The notes under the pieces: generated by a model
What the model saw: only the letters and a program-made list of their open reading frames with translations
Databases searched by the model: none
What the model was told of the DNA's origin: nothing
Translations under genes and position numbers: made by a program
Part shown: positions 37,014-47,619 of the stretch, one piece after another
Layout of the letters: each line of letters opens with the position of its first letter
Numbering within the stretch: position 1 is the stretch's first letter
IMG/VR virus record: IMGVR_UViG_3300037572_000374
Span: 14,506 to 78,505 of that record
DNA: 64,000 bases
Direction: 5' to 3' (one strand)
Source: a virus

Positions 37014-39035
37014 ATGAAAGTAACTAAGATAACACAAAACACCTCTATGAAGTTGGTAGATGGAACGCTTCCAGATATTGATACAGATTTTGCTGGTAGA
37101 AATAGAGCTGAGATTAAACAATACATGGAAGATAGATTTGGTCAAGAACAAGTGTGTTCAGTAGGATCTTATTCTACTATGAAATTGAAAGGCTTGGTAA
37201 AAGATTTTGCAAGAATATCTTCAGTTGACTTTAAAGAAGCTAATCTAATTACTTCAATAATTGATGCAGGAGATTTAACTATGTTAGATTTAATTAAAAG
37301 AGCTAGTAGTGAGCCAAGATTAAAGTCTTTCATTCAAAGGAACAGTGACATATTCTATATGTTGCCTACTTTGTTAGATCAGCCTAAGACACAATCAATT
37401 CATCCATGTGCTGTAATTATATTCCCAAGTGTAATGAGTGCATCAGAATGGGTGCCAACAAGGTTACAACAAGGATTAGTAGTTTCAGAATGGGGAGGTA
37501 ATGAAATGGATGATGCTGGATTCTTAAAGGATGATATTTTAGGTATTAAGCAATTAGATAAGTTTACAGATATCTTAGATCTCATAAAGATTAATGATAA
37601 AGAAGTACCTAACATATATGATCTACCACACGATCCAGAAGTATTCAGATACTTTGGTAATGGATGGAATGGAGATGTGTTTCAATTAGGATCCACTGGA
37701 CTTACAGAATATAGTAAAGCACTAAAGCCTCAAAGAATTGAAGATTTAATTGCTGCAACTGCTGTATATAGACCTGGACCAATGGAGAATCACTATCATG
37801 AGATTTATGTAAAGTGTAAGAATGAAGGTAGAGAGCCTAAATACTTATGGGGTACAGAAGAGATTGCAAAGGATACATTTGGACTTTTGATATATCAGGA
37901 ACAAGTAATGCAAGTGTTCCAATTAGTTGGAGGACTGAGTATGAAAGAAGCTGATGATGTTAGGAGAGCAATGGGTAAAAAGAAGTTATCTGCATTGTTA
38001 AAGTGGAAAGAGAAAGTAGCTCAGGGATTCTTAGATAAAGGAGCAACACAAGCTCAGTTTGATGAAGTGTGGGTAGCAGTAATGGAGTTTGCAAAGTATG
38101 GATTCAATAAGAGTCACTCTGCTGCATATGCTATGACTGGTTATGCTTCTCAATGGTTAAAAGTTCATTATCCAATTGAATATTGGACAGTGGCTTTAGA
38201 TTATGCAAATGAAGAAGATACTTTAAAGTATTTATCTGAAATTATGCAAGCCAAAGCAATTAGTGTGAAGGCTCCAGATATTAATCACTCAGCAATGAGT
38301 ATGATATCTGATCAAGAATCAAGTACAATCTTTTGGGGATTAGGATCCATCAAAGGTATTGGAGAAGATACAGCTAATCAAATTATTCAAGATAGAATTG
38401 AAAAAGGAGATTATAAGTCTTTTGCAGATTTTGTATTCAGACATAACTTCAAAGGTAGTAAAGTAAAGAAACAAACATATGAAGCACTAATTGCATCAGG
38501 ATGTTTTGATGATTTATACAATCTTGAAGGTAGAGAAGAAAGAAGACATCTGTTAATAAAGAGATATAGAAAGTATAAAAAAGTAAAGATAGCCAATCCT
38601 AAAAGAGATGTTTATACAATAGGACAGACAGATCAAAGATGGTGGTGGTCATTACAGCAAAAGAGATTAACTGGTTTAGCATTCTTAGACTATAAAGGAA
38701 TAGCAGAAGACTATGGAGTAGAATCTCAATTTGCTACATTAAGTGAAGTTAGTGGAAAGCAAGAGAAATCTATCTTTAGAAGTTTTGGTGGATACATAGT
38801 AGAAGCTAAAGTTGCAAGATCAGCTAAAGGTGAATATTGTAGAATAACAATAGAACATAATTACAAGTTATTTAAGATTATGGTTTGGTCAGAAGAGTTT
38901 GAAAACTTTAAGACTCAACTAAAAGGATCTGAAAAGAATCTGATAATATTTGAGGGTGAATTAAGATATGATGCCAAGTGGGCTAGAGCAAATCAGTTTA
39001 CAATCAAAGAAAATTCAAAATTAATTGTTCTCTAG
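37014..39035 (+). CDS. dnaE: DNA polymerase III alpha, C-terminal part
   Basis: LPDIDTDF, KDDILG, YRPGPM, YQEQVM, YGFNKSHSAAY. Confidence 0.9.
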   Translation: MKVTKITQNTSMKLVDGTLPDIDTDFAGRNRAEIKQYMEDRFGQEQVCSVGSYSTMKLKGLVKDFARISSVDFKEANLITSIIDAGDLTMLDLIKRASSEPRLKSFIQRNSDIFYMLPTLLDQPKTQSIHPCAVIIFPSVMSASEWVPTRLQQGLVVSEWGGNEMDDAGFLKDDILGIKQLDKFTDILDLIKINDKEVPNIYDLPHDPEVFRYFGNGWNGDVFQLGSTGLTEYSKALKPQRIEDLIAATAVYRPGPMENHYHEIYVKCKNEGREPKYLWGTEEIAKDTFGLLIYQEQVMQVFQLVGGLSMKEADDVRRAMGKKKLSALLKWKEKVAQGFLDKGATQAQFDEVWVAVMEFAKYGFNKSHSAAYAMTGYASQWLKVHYPIEYWTVALDYANEEDTLKYLSEIMQAKAISVKAPDINHSAMSMISDQESSTIFWGLGSIKGIGEDTANQIIQDRIEKGDYKSFADFVFRHNFKGSKVKKQTYEALIASGCFDDLYNLEGREERRHLLIKRYRKYKKVKIANPKRDVYTIGQTDQRWWWSLQQKRLTGLAFLDYKGIAEDYGVESQFATLSEVSGKQEKSIFRSFGGYIVEAKVARSAKGEYCRITIEHNYKLFKIMVWSEEFENFKTQLKGSEKNLIIFEGELRYDAKWARANQFTIKENSKLIVL

Positions 39036-39049
39036 AAAGAGCTTAGATT

Positions 39050-39078
39050 GGGCACCTGAGGGTGCCTTTTCTTTTTTA
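39050..39078 (+). terminator. Rho-independent terminator
   Basis: GGGCACC-TGAG-GGTGCCT followed by T run. Confidence 0.75.
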
Positions 39079-39101
39079 TTTTAAAAATAAATGAAATAAA
39101 T

Positions 39102-39134
39102 GTTGCTTCGTATATTTAATTAGGAGTATCTTTA
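39102..39134 (+). promoter_or_regulatory. sigmaA-type promoter motif
   Basis: GTTGCTTCGTAT..GGAGTATCTTTA. Confidence 0.75.
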
Positions 39135-39177
39135 TGGCAAGGAAAAAATATAATATATAAATTTAAAAATAAGTAAG

Positions 39178-39345
39178 ATGAAAACAGTTAAAAAAGTAAG
39201 AGTAAACACAAAATTAGTAAAGAGGTCATTTTTAAGATTGGATGGGGCTGATAAATTTGGAGTACTATTTGGAGTACTATTTTTATTACCATGTGTTTCA
39301 GCAGTAATGATTGATGTAATTCAGAATGGGTCTGGAATGTGGTAA
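39178..39345 (+). CDS. Small membrane protein, 55 aa
   Basis: Hand-called after the promoter; FGVLFGVLF tandem repeat. Confidence 0.5.
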   Translation: MKTVKKVRVNTKLVKRSFLRLDGADKFGVLFGVLFLLPCVSAVMIDVIQNGSGMW

Positions 39346-39346
39346 T

Positions 39347-39880
39347 ATGAAGTATACTATACACATTGGTGATAAACCTATCGTTTTAGAACATGATGAT
39401 TTAGATTCTTCTATTAATGTAGATGAGCTTACAAAGATTGATGTTGGAAATGTTTATGGAGATGCTGTAACTATATCAGCTGCTGTAAATAGAATTGGAC
39501 TGCTCAAAGCAGAAGTAGAAGCTTTGATGGCAACTACCAAGTTAGAATATAAGATATATGAAGGAGAGTATAAAGCCAAGTTAAGAAAGCAGGCTGCAAA
39601 CAACTCTGGATTCTATTTGGTGAGAGTAGATAACGAAGATGTCAGAGTAAAATTATCTGAGACTTCATTAAGTAGCTCATTTGAGATTGATCCTAAATGG
39701 ATTGAACTAAAGAAAGCATTCATTACTGCAGAGAAGAATTTCAATGCACTAAGTAGTTTGTATTGGGCTTGTCAAGATAAAAGTAGAAAATTAAATTCAT
39801 TAGTAAATGGAGTAACTCCAACTGAATTCGTTGAAGAGATGATTCAAGGAAAAGTTAATGGAATATTAATTACAAAATAA
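39347..39880 (+). CDS. Helical protein, possibly UvsY-like recombination mediator
   Basis: Coiled coil; sits before SSB/SbcD/RecA; weak assignment. Confidence 0.35.
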   Translation: MKYTIHIGDKPIVLEHDDLDSSINVDELTKIDVGNVYGDAVTISAAVNRIGLLKAEVEALMATTKLEYKIYEGEYKAKLRKQAANNSGFYLVRVDNEDVRVKLSETSLSSSFEIDPKWIELKKAFITAEKNFNALSSLYWACQDKSRKLNSLVNGVTPTEFVEEMIQGKVNGILITK

Positions 39881-39973
39881 AAGAAAAGAATGTACCCAAG
39901 GCATACATTCTGAAAACTAGAAGACCTTCAGTATTAATCGTGGCATAAGTAAGTCCACAAAAAACTATATATT

Positions 39974-40657
39974 ATGGGATTAGGATCAGTAAATGACAAC
40001 AAAAGATCAACATTTTTAACTATTGCAGGTGGGTACATCTGGGATAGAAAAGCTGACTCAAGTAATGCAAACTTTGCAACACAAGAGTTTAACAGAGCTG
40101 ATGGAACAGTAGGTGAAAGAGCAGGAGCTCGTTACGCAGACTTGACTGGATTAGTTACAAAAGTAGAATTTAGAACTCATCCACAGTACGGAGAGAACTT
40201 AAATGTTACAATCGAATCAGAAGGTGAGGCTTTTATCTTATCAATATCTACAAATAATAGATATTCACAAGATATGATGAAGTGTTTATTAGTTGCAGAT
40301 TTAAGACAACCGATTTATGTTAAGCCTTACGACTTTGTAGGGAATGACAAAAGAAGAGCAATGGGTATTTCATTCAGACAGAATGGAGAGAAGTTAACTC
40401 TTAGAGTGGAAGGAACTCCAACTCAAGACAGTGCTTGGTTCAAGACTGCAGGATCTAAGAATATCAAAAGATTCTTCGAAGATTTGAATGAGTGGTTTGT
40501 AAATGAGGTAACTGCTCAGGTAGTAGGAAATCTTGATGCTTTAAAGCCAGCACCAGTTGCAAAACCAAAACCAGTAGCTAAAGTAGCAGAAGCTGCTCCA
40601 GTTGCTAAAGTAGAAGAGGGAGATTTAGATTCTCAACTTGATGCTTTATTAGGATAA
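39974..40657 (+). CDS. Putative single-stranded DNA-binding protein
   Basis: Beta-rich core, Pro/Ala/Lys linker, acidic tail; replication context. Confidence 0.5.
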   Translation: MGLGSVNDNKRSTFLTIAGGYIWDRKADSSNANFATQEFNRADGTVGERAGARYADLTGLVTKVEFRTHPQYGENLNVTIESEGEAFILSISTNNRYSQDMMKCLLVADLRQPIYVKPYDFVGNDKRRAMGISFRQNGEKLTLRVEGTPTQDSAWFKTAGSKNIKRFFEDLNEWFVNEVTAQVVGNLDALKPAPVAKPKPVAKVAEAAPVAKVEEGDLDSQLDALLG

Positions 40658-40717
40658 TTATAATAAGGGGATTGTTAATTCAGTCCCCTATATTATTTAA
40701 CATTAAAATTATACACC

Positions 40718-40993
40718 ATGGAAAAAAGATACTACGTATTGAAAGCTGGTAATTTTAAGCAAGAAAAGAAGTCAGGTCTAAAAGATAAATGGACTGATGG
40801 AAGATGGGCTAGATTGCTAAGTGCTGGAGGAGCTAAGAAAAGCTTCACAGAAAACAGAGGAGAAGTTATTGTGCATGTTCAAGATGGAACTAAGATCCTA
40901 TATCAAAAAGGATGGGGATCAAAAGTAGATAAGGAGCAAGTATGGATAGCCGATTTCAAGAAAGATAAAGGAAGATTTTTTAAATTCAAATAA
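40718..40993 (+). CDS. Hypothetical basic protein
   Basis: ORF track. Confidence 0.55.
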   Translation: MEKRYYVLKAGNFKQEKKSGLKDKWTDGRWARLLSAGGAKKSFTENRGEVIVHVQDGTKILYQKGWGSKVDKEQVWIADFKKDKGRFFKFK

Positions 40994-42019
40994 ATGAAAG
41001 ATAAATTAGCAATAATATTTAATGATGCACATCTCAAGACTGGGAATGAGCAAGATGTAATACACTCTGTAAAGCATATGTTAAAGTATGCCAAGAAAGA
41101 AGGTATTGCTAATTTGATATTTGCTGGAGATTTATTTGATAGTAGATCGTTTCAAAGACAAAGTGTTTTACATGCTTTTGATGAAATATTAGATCTAATA
41201 AATAAAGCTGGATGCACTTTGTATATATTTCCAGGAAACCACGATAAGACAGTTTATGCTTCTTATGATAGTTTCTTAGATGTATACAGACATTATCCAA
41301 GTGTAGTTTTCAACAGAGAATTATCTGTTATCGAATTAGATGGAGTTACAATTACATTGTTGCCATTCTTTTCAGATGATATGTTGATTCCAATGTTGGA
41401 AGAAGCAAAGCCTACAGATGTGTTGATTAGCCATTTTGAAATGGCAGGATCTACTCACTTAGGAAAAGTTTCTGTAAAAAGTACAATTAATAAAAAACTT
41501 TTGAGTAAGTTTACCAAAACTTATTTAGGACATTATCACAATCATCATGAAATAAGTAAAGACATCGTTCATCTACCTTCATTAAGACAAAGTAACTTTG
41601 GTGAAGACGAGAACAAAGGATTTGCAGTATTGAATAAAGATTTGTCGTATGAACTAATTAAGGGTGATTTTAAGAGCTTTAAGAAAGTAACTATTGATAT
41701 TAATAAAACTACAGCAAAGCAATTAAAAGAATTGATTACAACTTATGAAAATAGCTCAAACACTATTCGTTTTGAATTTGTAGGAGATGAAAGTAAGTTA
41801 AAGGCTCTGGATAAGAGTTTGTTTAATGGATCCGGAATTGATGTGAAGATTAAGTATGATGTTAAGTATGACTATAAAGATGATCAACTAGCATTACCAA
41901 CTGTGATTGAACATTATGGAGAGGAGCAAGTTAAAGATGCTTTTAAGAGTTTTTGTAATGAAAAGGGATATGAATATCAAGAAGGTATTGTATTATTAAA
42001 TGAATATTTAAAGAGATAA
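40994..42019 (+). CDS. SbcD/Mre11-like nuclease
   Basis: DAH, AGDLFD, GNHD, LGHYH. Confidence 0.85.
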   Translation: MKDKLAIIFNDAHLKTGNEQDVIHSVKHMLKYAKKEGIANLIFAGDLFDSRSFQRQSVLHAFDEILDLINKAGCTLYIFPGNHDKTVYASYDSFLDVYRHYPSVVFNRELSVIELDGVTITLLPFFSDDMLIPMLEEAKPTDVLISHFEMAGSTHLGKVSVKSTINKKLLSKFTKTYLGHYHNHHEISKDIVHLPSLRQSNFGEDENKGFAVLNKDLSYELIKGDFKSFKKVTIDINKTTAKQLKELITTYENSSNTIRFEFVGDESKLKALDKSLFNGSGIDVKIKYDVKYDYKDDQLALPTVIEHYGEEQVKDAFKSFCNEKGYEYQEGIVLLNEYLKR

Positions 42020-42023
42020 ATAT

Positions 42024-42986
42024 ATGAGCAAAGGAATAAAAAATGCACTAGCTGCCTTAGAGAAAAGATTTGGAGAATCAGTTGTAATGAAAATGAATGA
42101 AGCAAACACTTCAATAGAAACATTTTCATCTGGAAGACCAAGTTTAGATTCTAAGTTGGGTGGTGGATATGGAGTAGGTAAGATCGTTGAGATTTATGCT
42201 GAATCGGGATGTGGAAAGACTGGACTAGCTTTAGAAGCAATTGCAAGTATGCAATCAAGTGGAGGAATTTGTGCAATCATTGATGCTGAGCATGCTTTGA
42301 ATACAGAGTACTGTGAACAAATTGGTGTTGATATTGATGCACTTTATATTTCACAACCTACTTATGGAGAGCAAGCATTTGAAGCTATTAGAGCATTAGT
42401 TAACACTGGTGAAGTAAATTTGATAGTAATAGATTCAGTTGCAGCTATGATTCCAAAAGCAGAATTAGAAGGTGAAAGTGGAGAAGCTAAAATTGCATTG
42501 CAGGCTAGAATGATGTCTCAAGGTATGAAGTTAATTACTGGAGCAGCATCTGATAACAAATGTACGATCATATTCATTAATCAATTGAGAAAAACTATTG
42601 CAATGTATGGACCAAGTGAAACCACAGCTGGTGGTAAGGCTTTAAAATTCTATGCAACACAAAGGTTAGAGATTAAGAATAGAGGACAGATCAAACAAGG
42701 AGATGAAACTATTGGATTCAAACAACAAATCAAAATAGTTAAGAATAAAGTTGCAGCACCATTTCAAGTGTATGCAGAAGATATCATATATGGAAAAGGA
42801 GTAGACAATACACAAGGTTTTGTTGATGCTTTAGTATATGAAGAAATACTTTTAAAGGCAGGAGCTTGGTATAAGTATGATGGAACTAATATTGCAAAAG
42901 GGATGAAAAATCTTAGAGCAGCATTAGAAGATAATCCTGATTTGCAGGATGAACTACAAAGCAAGTTAGATGCTTTAAGAAAATAA
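42024..42986 (+). CDS. recA: RecA recombinase
   Basis: AESGCGKT, IDAEHAL, VIDSVAAMIPKAE, QARMMSQ, GGKALKFYA. Confidence 0.95.
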   Translation: MSKGIKNALAALEKRFGESVVMKMNEANTSIETFSSGRPSLDSKLGGGYGVGKIVEIYAESGCGKTGLALEAIASMQSSGGICAIIDAEHALNTEYCEQIGVDIDALYISQPTYGEQAFEAIRALVNTGEVNLIVIDSVAAMIPKAELEGESGEAKIALQARMMSQGMKLITGAASDNKCTIIFINQLRKTIAMYGPSETTAGGKALKFYATQRLEIKNRGQIKQGDETIGFKQQIKIVKNKVAAPFQVYAEDIIYGKGVDNTQGFVDALVYEEILLKAGAWYKYDGTNIAKGMKNLRAALEDNPDLQDELQSKLDALRK

Positions 42987-43039
42987 GTATAAAGATCGGA
43001 CCCAGACGAACTGGGGATTAAAATTAAAATAGAGTAAAA

Positions 43040-43258
43040 ATGAAAAATTTAGTATTAGTATTAGTATTAGTGTTTACATTCGGATTAACATCATGTGAAC
43101 AAGACGTAATTGAATCTCCACAAAGTGAGTGTTCACAAATCAATGGATATTACGAAAACCTAACTGCAGGATTAACTCCTCAAGAGGCTTCGTTATATAT
43201 TCAAGAATGGCAAGATGCTTTGAATGCAGCAGGATGTCCAAGTTTGGATACAATATAA
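43040..43258 (+). CDS. Small lipoprotein
   Basis: Signal peptide with lipobox GLTS-C, then EQD. Confidence 0.65.
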   Translation: MKNLVLVLVLVFTFGLTSCEQDVIESPQSECSQINGYYENLTAGLTPQEASLYIQEWQDALNAAGCPSLDTI

Positions 43259-43335
43259 TTAAAAAGAATTGGGTGAGTCTTAGAGCTTAGGCATTTGATT
43301 GCTACACCCAACTAAGAGTACCAAAAAATATACAT

Positions 43336-45267
43336 ATGAGATTAGATAGAGCAGTAGTAAAAAACTTTTTAACTTATGAGAATCTGGATTATAACTTTTC
43401 CAGAAATCCTCTATTAGTACAAGGTAGAAATTTAACAGAAGAAGATCAGGAATCAAACGGATCCGGAAAGTCTGGTTTGTTTACAGCAATTGAGTTTTGT
43501 ATTACAGCTAGTAATTCTAGAGATGTAAGAGATAACGAATTAGTTATGTTTGGAGAGAAACAAGCAAATGCTGAATTGTATGCCTCATGTGATATTAGAA
43601 AAGAACAATTACATATAGCTTGGCTAATTAAAGTAAAAGGATCCAATGTACTAACACTTAAAAAGAAATCGTACGATGGAGAATGGGAAGAGATAAGTTT
43701 CTCAAATGTAAATGATGGTAAGAAGTATATCATGAATTGGTTTGATATTGAAAAAGAAGACCTATTCAACTATTACATTATTAACAAGAGTAGATTTAAA
43801 ACTTTCTTTAAAGCTAGTAATAAGGAAAAAGTAGAGTTGATAAACAGATTTAGTGATGCATCGATTATTGATGGACTAGATAAAGTTGACAATTCTGAGT
43901 TACAGTTAGAATATGATACTATCAAATCTAATATAGATAAAGTAGTTGGAAAGGTAGAATTCATTACTCAACAACTAACTCAAGAGGAAGAAGTAATTGA
44001 TGAGAGTCAATTAGTAAAAGACATTCAAGATAAGATCTCACAAGTAAATGACGATAAGTTAGATGTACAAGATGAGATTAAAGAGTTTGACCAAAAGAAG
44101 TCAGATGATGCTAAATTGTTAAAAGATGCTGAAGGTAAATTAGCAGCAATAGACGTTAAGGTATCTATGGCTCAAAAGGCATTTGATAATTACAAAACAC
44201 AATTAATAAGTACAACAGATCAAGAAGATCAAATTGACACATTGTCTACAAAGCAATTGAAGGTAGATAAGTTACTCAATGAATTAGATATAGAATTATC
44301 TGGATCCATTGAATGTCCTAAATGTTCTTATGAATTTGTATTAGATTCTAAACATGGATCCATTGAACAAGCTAAACAAAAACAGAGTCAAGCGTGTGAG
44401 ATAAGAAAAACTATTTCAAGTAAGATTGACCAGTTAGATGTTGAGATTTCAAATATACAATCTTCTAATAAAGAACAAGAAGATAAGAGACAGAAGTTAA
44501 GAGATGATCTAAACCAAGCTTCAACTCAATCTCAATCTTCATCAAGACAAGTACTAAGATATGAAAAACTTATTGCTGAGCACGATAAAGATATAGCAGA
44601 CTGTAATAATGATCTAAAACAATTTGATCTAGATATCAAGCAATTGAATATAGATATTAAGAATGTAGGATCCACAAAGCCAAACAATAAAGAAAACTTT
44701 GAAGAGCAGTTATCAAAACTCTCAACAGAGCAGAAGGATCTTGAAGAGGAGTTATCTACAAAAGGAGATGAGATCTATAAGAGGAATCAATGGGCCAATA
44801 ACTTTAAACAGTTTAGAGCTCATCTTGCAAACCAATCATTGGAAGCAATAGAATTTCACATGAATAGATATTTAGATGGAATGGATTCAGATTTGAAAGT
44901 TAAGATGGAAGGATTTAAACTTCTTGCAAATGGAACATTCAAAGATGAGATTACAGCTAAAATTATTAGAACAGTTGAAAGATCGTTCAGTAGCTTCTCA
45001 GGAGGTGAACAAGGAAGACTTTTATTTGCAGCAATACTTGCAAATAGACATATGTTAAATAGTACTCACAAATATGGTGGTTTAGATTTCTTATCTATTG
45101 ACGAAGTATTTGAAGGAGTAGATTCTTTAGGATTGAAAAAATTAGTAAAGAGTGCTAAACAATTAGATATTTCTGTTATGATTATTACTCACGTTACAGA
45201 TGAAGAAGTAAGTGATGATATATTATTAATTGAAAAAATAAATGGAATAAGTTATGTCAAAAAATAA
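43336..45267 (+). CDS. SbcC/Rad50-like ATPase
   Basis: NGSGKS, coiled coil with CPKC hook, FSGGE, IDEVF. Confidence 0.9.
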   Translation: MRLDRAVVKNFLTYENLDYNFSRNPLLVQGRNLTEEDQESNGSGKSGLFTAIEFCITASNSRDVRDNELVMFGEKQANAELYASCDIRKEQLHIAWLIKVKGSNVLTLKKKSYDGEWEEISFSNVNDGKKYIMNWFDIEKEDLFNYYIINKSRFKTFFKASNKEKVELINRFSDASIIDGLDKVDNSELQLEYDTIKSNIDKVVGKVEFITQQLTQEEEVIDESQLVKDIQDKISQVNDDKLDVQDEIKEFDQKKSDDAKLLKDAEGKLAAIDVKVSMAQKAFDNYKTQLISTTDQEDQIDTLSTKQLKVDKLLNELDIELSGSIECPKCSYEFVLDSKHGSIEQAKQKQSQACEIRKTISSKIDQLDVEISNIQSSNKEQEDKRQKLRDDLNQASTQSQSSSRQVLRYEKLIAEHDKDIADCNNDLKQFDLDIKQLNIDIKNVGSTKPNNKENFEEQLSKLSTEQKDLEEELSTKGDEIYKRNQWANNFKQFRAHLANQSLEAIEFHMNRYLDGMDSDLKVKMEGFKLLANGTFKDEITAKIIRTVERSFSSFSGGEQGRLLFAAILANRHMLNSTHKYGGLDFLSIDEVFEGVDSLGLKKLVKSAKQLDISVMIITHVTDEEVSDDILLIEKINGISYVKK

Positions 45268-45802
45268 AACTATATACATAGGAATAGATCCTGGAAAGCA
45301 AGGTTTCATAGCCATAATAAAGGACGAAGAGAACATCTTTTTCCCTATGCCATATGAAAGACTAGAAGGCAAGTCAGTATTCTGTGAGAAGTGTTTAAAA
45401 CCTCTTGTAGAAGAGATTAAAGACTTGTGTGAAGGATATGAGATTAAAGTAGGTATTGAGCAAGTAGGTGGTAGAGGAGGTTGGAGTGCAACAAATAACT
45501 TCAACTTTGGATACACAGCTGGATTGCAAAAACTTATGATGATTATGATTGATGCTGACATATTAATGGTTAGACCTGCAAAATGGCAATCAGTAATGAG
45601 AAAGGGCTACGACAACATAAAGAAAGCTAGCTCTACTGGAAAGACTATGGTTAATGATTCAAAAGCAATAGCAGAGTTTATTGCACTAACAGAATGGCCA
45701 GAGATAGACTTTAGGAAAAGTACAAGAGCTAGAAAGAATGATGACAATAAAATTGATGCATTTTTAATTGCTCAATATTTAAAAAGAATAGATGGAAAAT
45801 AG
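45254..45802 (+). CDS. RuvC-like Holliday junction resolvase
   Basis: IGIDPG, IEQV, P.KWQ, DAFLIA. Confidence 0.8.
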   Translation: MSKNKTIYIGIDPGKQGFIAIIKDEENIFFPMPYERLEGKSVFCEKCLKPLVEEIKDLCEGYEIKVGIEQVGGRGGWSATNNFNFGYTAGLQKLMMIMIDADILMVRPAKWQSVMRKGYDNIKKASSTGKTMVNDSKAIAEFIALTEWPEIDFRKSTRARKNDDNKIDAFLIAQYLKRIDGK

Positions 45803-47483
45803 AACATTCTATATCGACAAGGTCAATAAGACTATTAACTTAACTTTTGATTTCGATCACAGTATAGTTAATAGGATTAAGGCTTGTGATTATAATACTA
45901 GATTCAATCCAGAATTTAAACAATGGATCATTCCAATTACTGAATATTCTAAATCAAGAGCTTTGCAATTGATTAGAGATTTTGACTTTAAACAAGTTGA
46001 ACAGATAATAGAAGAAGATGTAGTAGTTGATTACAAACAGACTGAAGTTGATTATGCTTATTTAAGAGGACTATGTGACTCAAGAGGATTTACATATGAA
46101 CCAAGAGATTATCAAATTGAAGCATTAGGTTATGCATTAGAGAAAGGAAACATCATTAATGGAGATGATGTAGGACTTGGTAAGACATTTGAAAGTATAA
46201 TGTATGCTGAGACTACAAATTCATTTCCATGTTTAGTTGTTGTTCCTGCTTCTGTAAAATACAATTGGCAAGAAAAGTGGTTAGAGATTACTGGTAACAA
46301 AAGAAGTGTTGCAGTAATAGAATCTAAAGAAACTAAGAAAAGAGTAAATGATTGGAATGCAGATGTAGTAGTTATTAATTATGACATCATTGGTAAGAAG
46401 CAAGGAAAAGGAGCTACAGTTAAGTTTGCTGAATTAGCCGATACTGAATGGTCGATGATTATATTTGATGAAGCACATTTCTTAAAAGAGAAGACTTCTC
46501 AAAGAGCAAGGGCTGCTAAGAAGATTACACAAGGAGATATGAAGATCCAAATGTTAACTGGAACTGCTGTAATGAGTAGACCAGTTGAGCTTTGGAATTT
46601 ATTAGTTTTAGCTAAACAAGAAAAGAAGATAGCAAAAGACTGGATGCACTTCATAACTAGATACTGTGGTGGATATAGAGGTAAATTTGGATGGGTTACA
46701 GATGGAGCTACAAATACATTAGAACTGAATAGAAAGCTCAGAGAGGTGTGTTATATACGTAGAGAGAAGAGAGATGTACTCTCTGAATTACCTGATGTAA
46801 CAAAACAAGTTATTCAAATGCCAATTACAAATCTTGCAAAGATCAAAAGAGCTTTGACAGACTTCATAGCTTTTGTTAAAGAGACTAAAGGAGAAGAGAG
46901 TGCTGAGAAAGCTCAAGAGGCTGAACACTTAGTTGCTTTAGGAACTATGAGAAAATTAGCTATTGAAGGAAAGCTAAAAGCTGTTGATTTATATCTTAGG
47001 GATTGGAAACAAGCTGAGAAAGGTAAATTATTAATCTTTGGAATTCATAGAGAAGGACTTGATTATCTATCTGAAAAATTCAAAAGCAAATTAATTGCTG
47101 GTGGAATGAGCAGTAAGGTAAAACAAGAAACAGTTAAGGAGTGGGTAGAGAATGATAATATGTTTCTATTTGCAAATATGCAATCAGCAGGAACTGGAGT
47201 AGATGGATTACAACATGCATGTTCAAATATGCTAATTCTAGAACTACCTTGGAGACCGAGTGATTTAACTCAAGCAATTGGAAGATTGGATAGGAGTGGA
47301 CAGAAAGAACCAGTTACAGTTTCTTTTATGTTAAATGATGATACAATAGATAAAGAGATGTTTGAAATGATCTCAGATAAGGAGCTAGTAACTGAAGCAG
47401 TAAACAAAGGTGTTGATATTCGAAAGAATAAGTCAGGATTAAAGTCTGTGATGAGAAAGTTGTTAAAAAGGGGAAAAAAATAA
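45792..47483 (+). CDS. SNF2-family (HARP-like) helicase
   Basis: DDVGLGKT, FDEAH, LTGT, QAIGRLDRSGQ. Confidence 0.9.
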   Translation: MENRTFYIDKVNKTINLTFDFDHSIVNRIKACDYNTRFNPEFKQWIIPITEYSKSRALQLIRDFDFKQVEQIIEEDVVVDYKQTEVDYAYLRGLCDSRGFTYEPRDYQIEALGYALEKGNIINGDDVGLGKTFESIMYAETTNSFPCLVVVPASVKYNWQEKWLEITGNKRSVAVIESKETKKRVNDWNADVVVINYDIIGKKQGKGATVKFAELADTEWSMIIFDEAHFLKEKTSQRARAAKKITQGDMKIQMLTGTAVMSRPVELWNLLVLAKQEKKIAKDWMHFITRYCGGYRGKFGWVTDGATNTLELNRKLREVCYIRREKRDVLSELPDVTKQVIQMPITNLAKIKRALTDFIAFVKETKGEESAEKAQEAEHLVALGTMRKLAIEGKLKAVDLYLRDWKQAEKGKLLIFGIHREGLDYLSEKFKSKLIAGGMSSKVKQETVKEWVENDNMFLFANMQSAGTGVDGLQHACSNMLILELPWRPSDLTQAIGRLDRSGQKEPVTVSFMLNDDTIDKEMFEMISDKELVTEAVNKGVDIRKNKSGLKSVMRKLLKRGKK

Positions 47484-47504
47484 AAAATATTTTATTGCAT
47501 GAAT

Positions 47505-47532
47505 AGGAGCCTTAGGGCTCCTTTCTTTGTTT
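47505..47532 (+). terminator. Rho-independent terminator
   Basis: AGGAGCC-TTAG-GGCTCCT followed by T-rich tail. Confidence 0.7.
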
Positions 47533-47556
47533 TGTTAAAAAATAAATGAAATAAAT

Positions 47557-47589
47557 GTTGCTTTGAACTTTGGTTTAGGAGTATCTTTA
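47557..47589 (+). promoter_or_regulatory. sigmaA-type promoter motif
   Basis: GTTGCTTTG..GGAGTATCTTTA. Confidence 0.75.
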
Positions 47590-47619
47590 TCTCATCAAAC
47601 AAATAAAAAAATAGAAATT

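Noticed and set aside
37008-37016. In-frame TAA-AAT-ATG between the dnaE halves as programmed readthrough or stop-codon recoding
   Set aside because: The same stop + 3 nt + ATG spacing joins unrelated genes (10822/10826, 35453/35457, 57670/57674), and TAA is the normal stop throughout.
36850-37065. Functional split intein in dnaE
   Set aside because: No N-terminal Cys/Ser block A, no TxxH, no terminal His-Asn; kept only as a possible degenerate remnant.
43052-43072. (GTATTA)n microsatellite as a phase-variation switch
   Set aside because: The 6-nt unit keeps frame and only encodes the VLVLVL signal peptide core.
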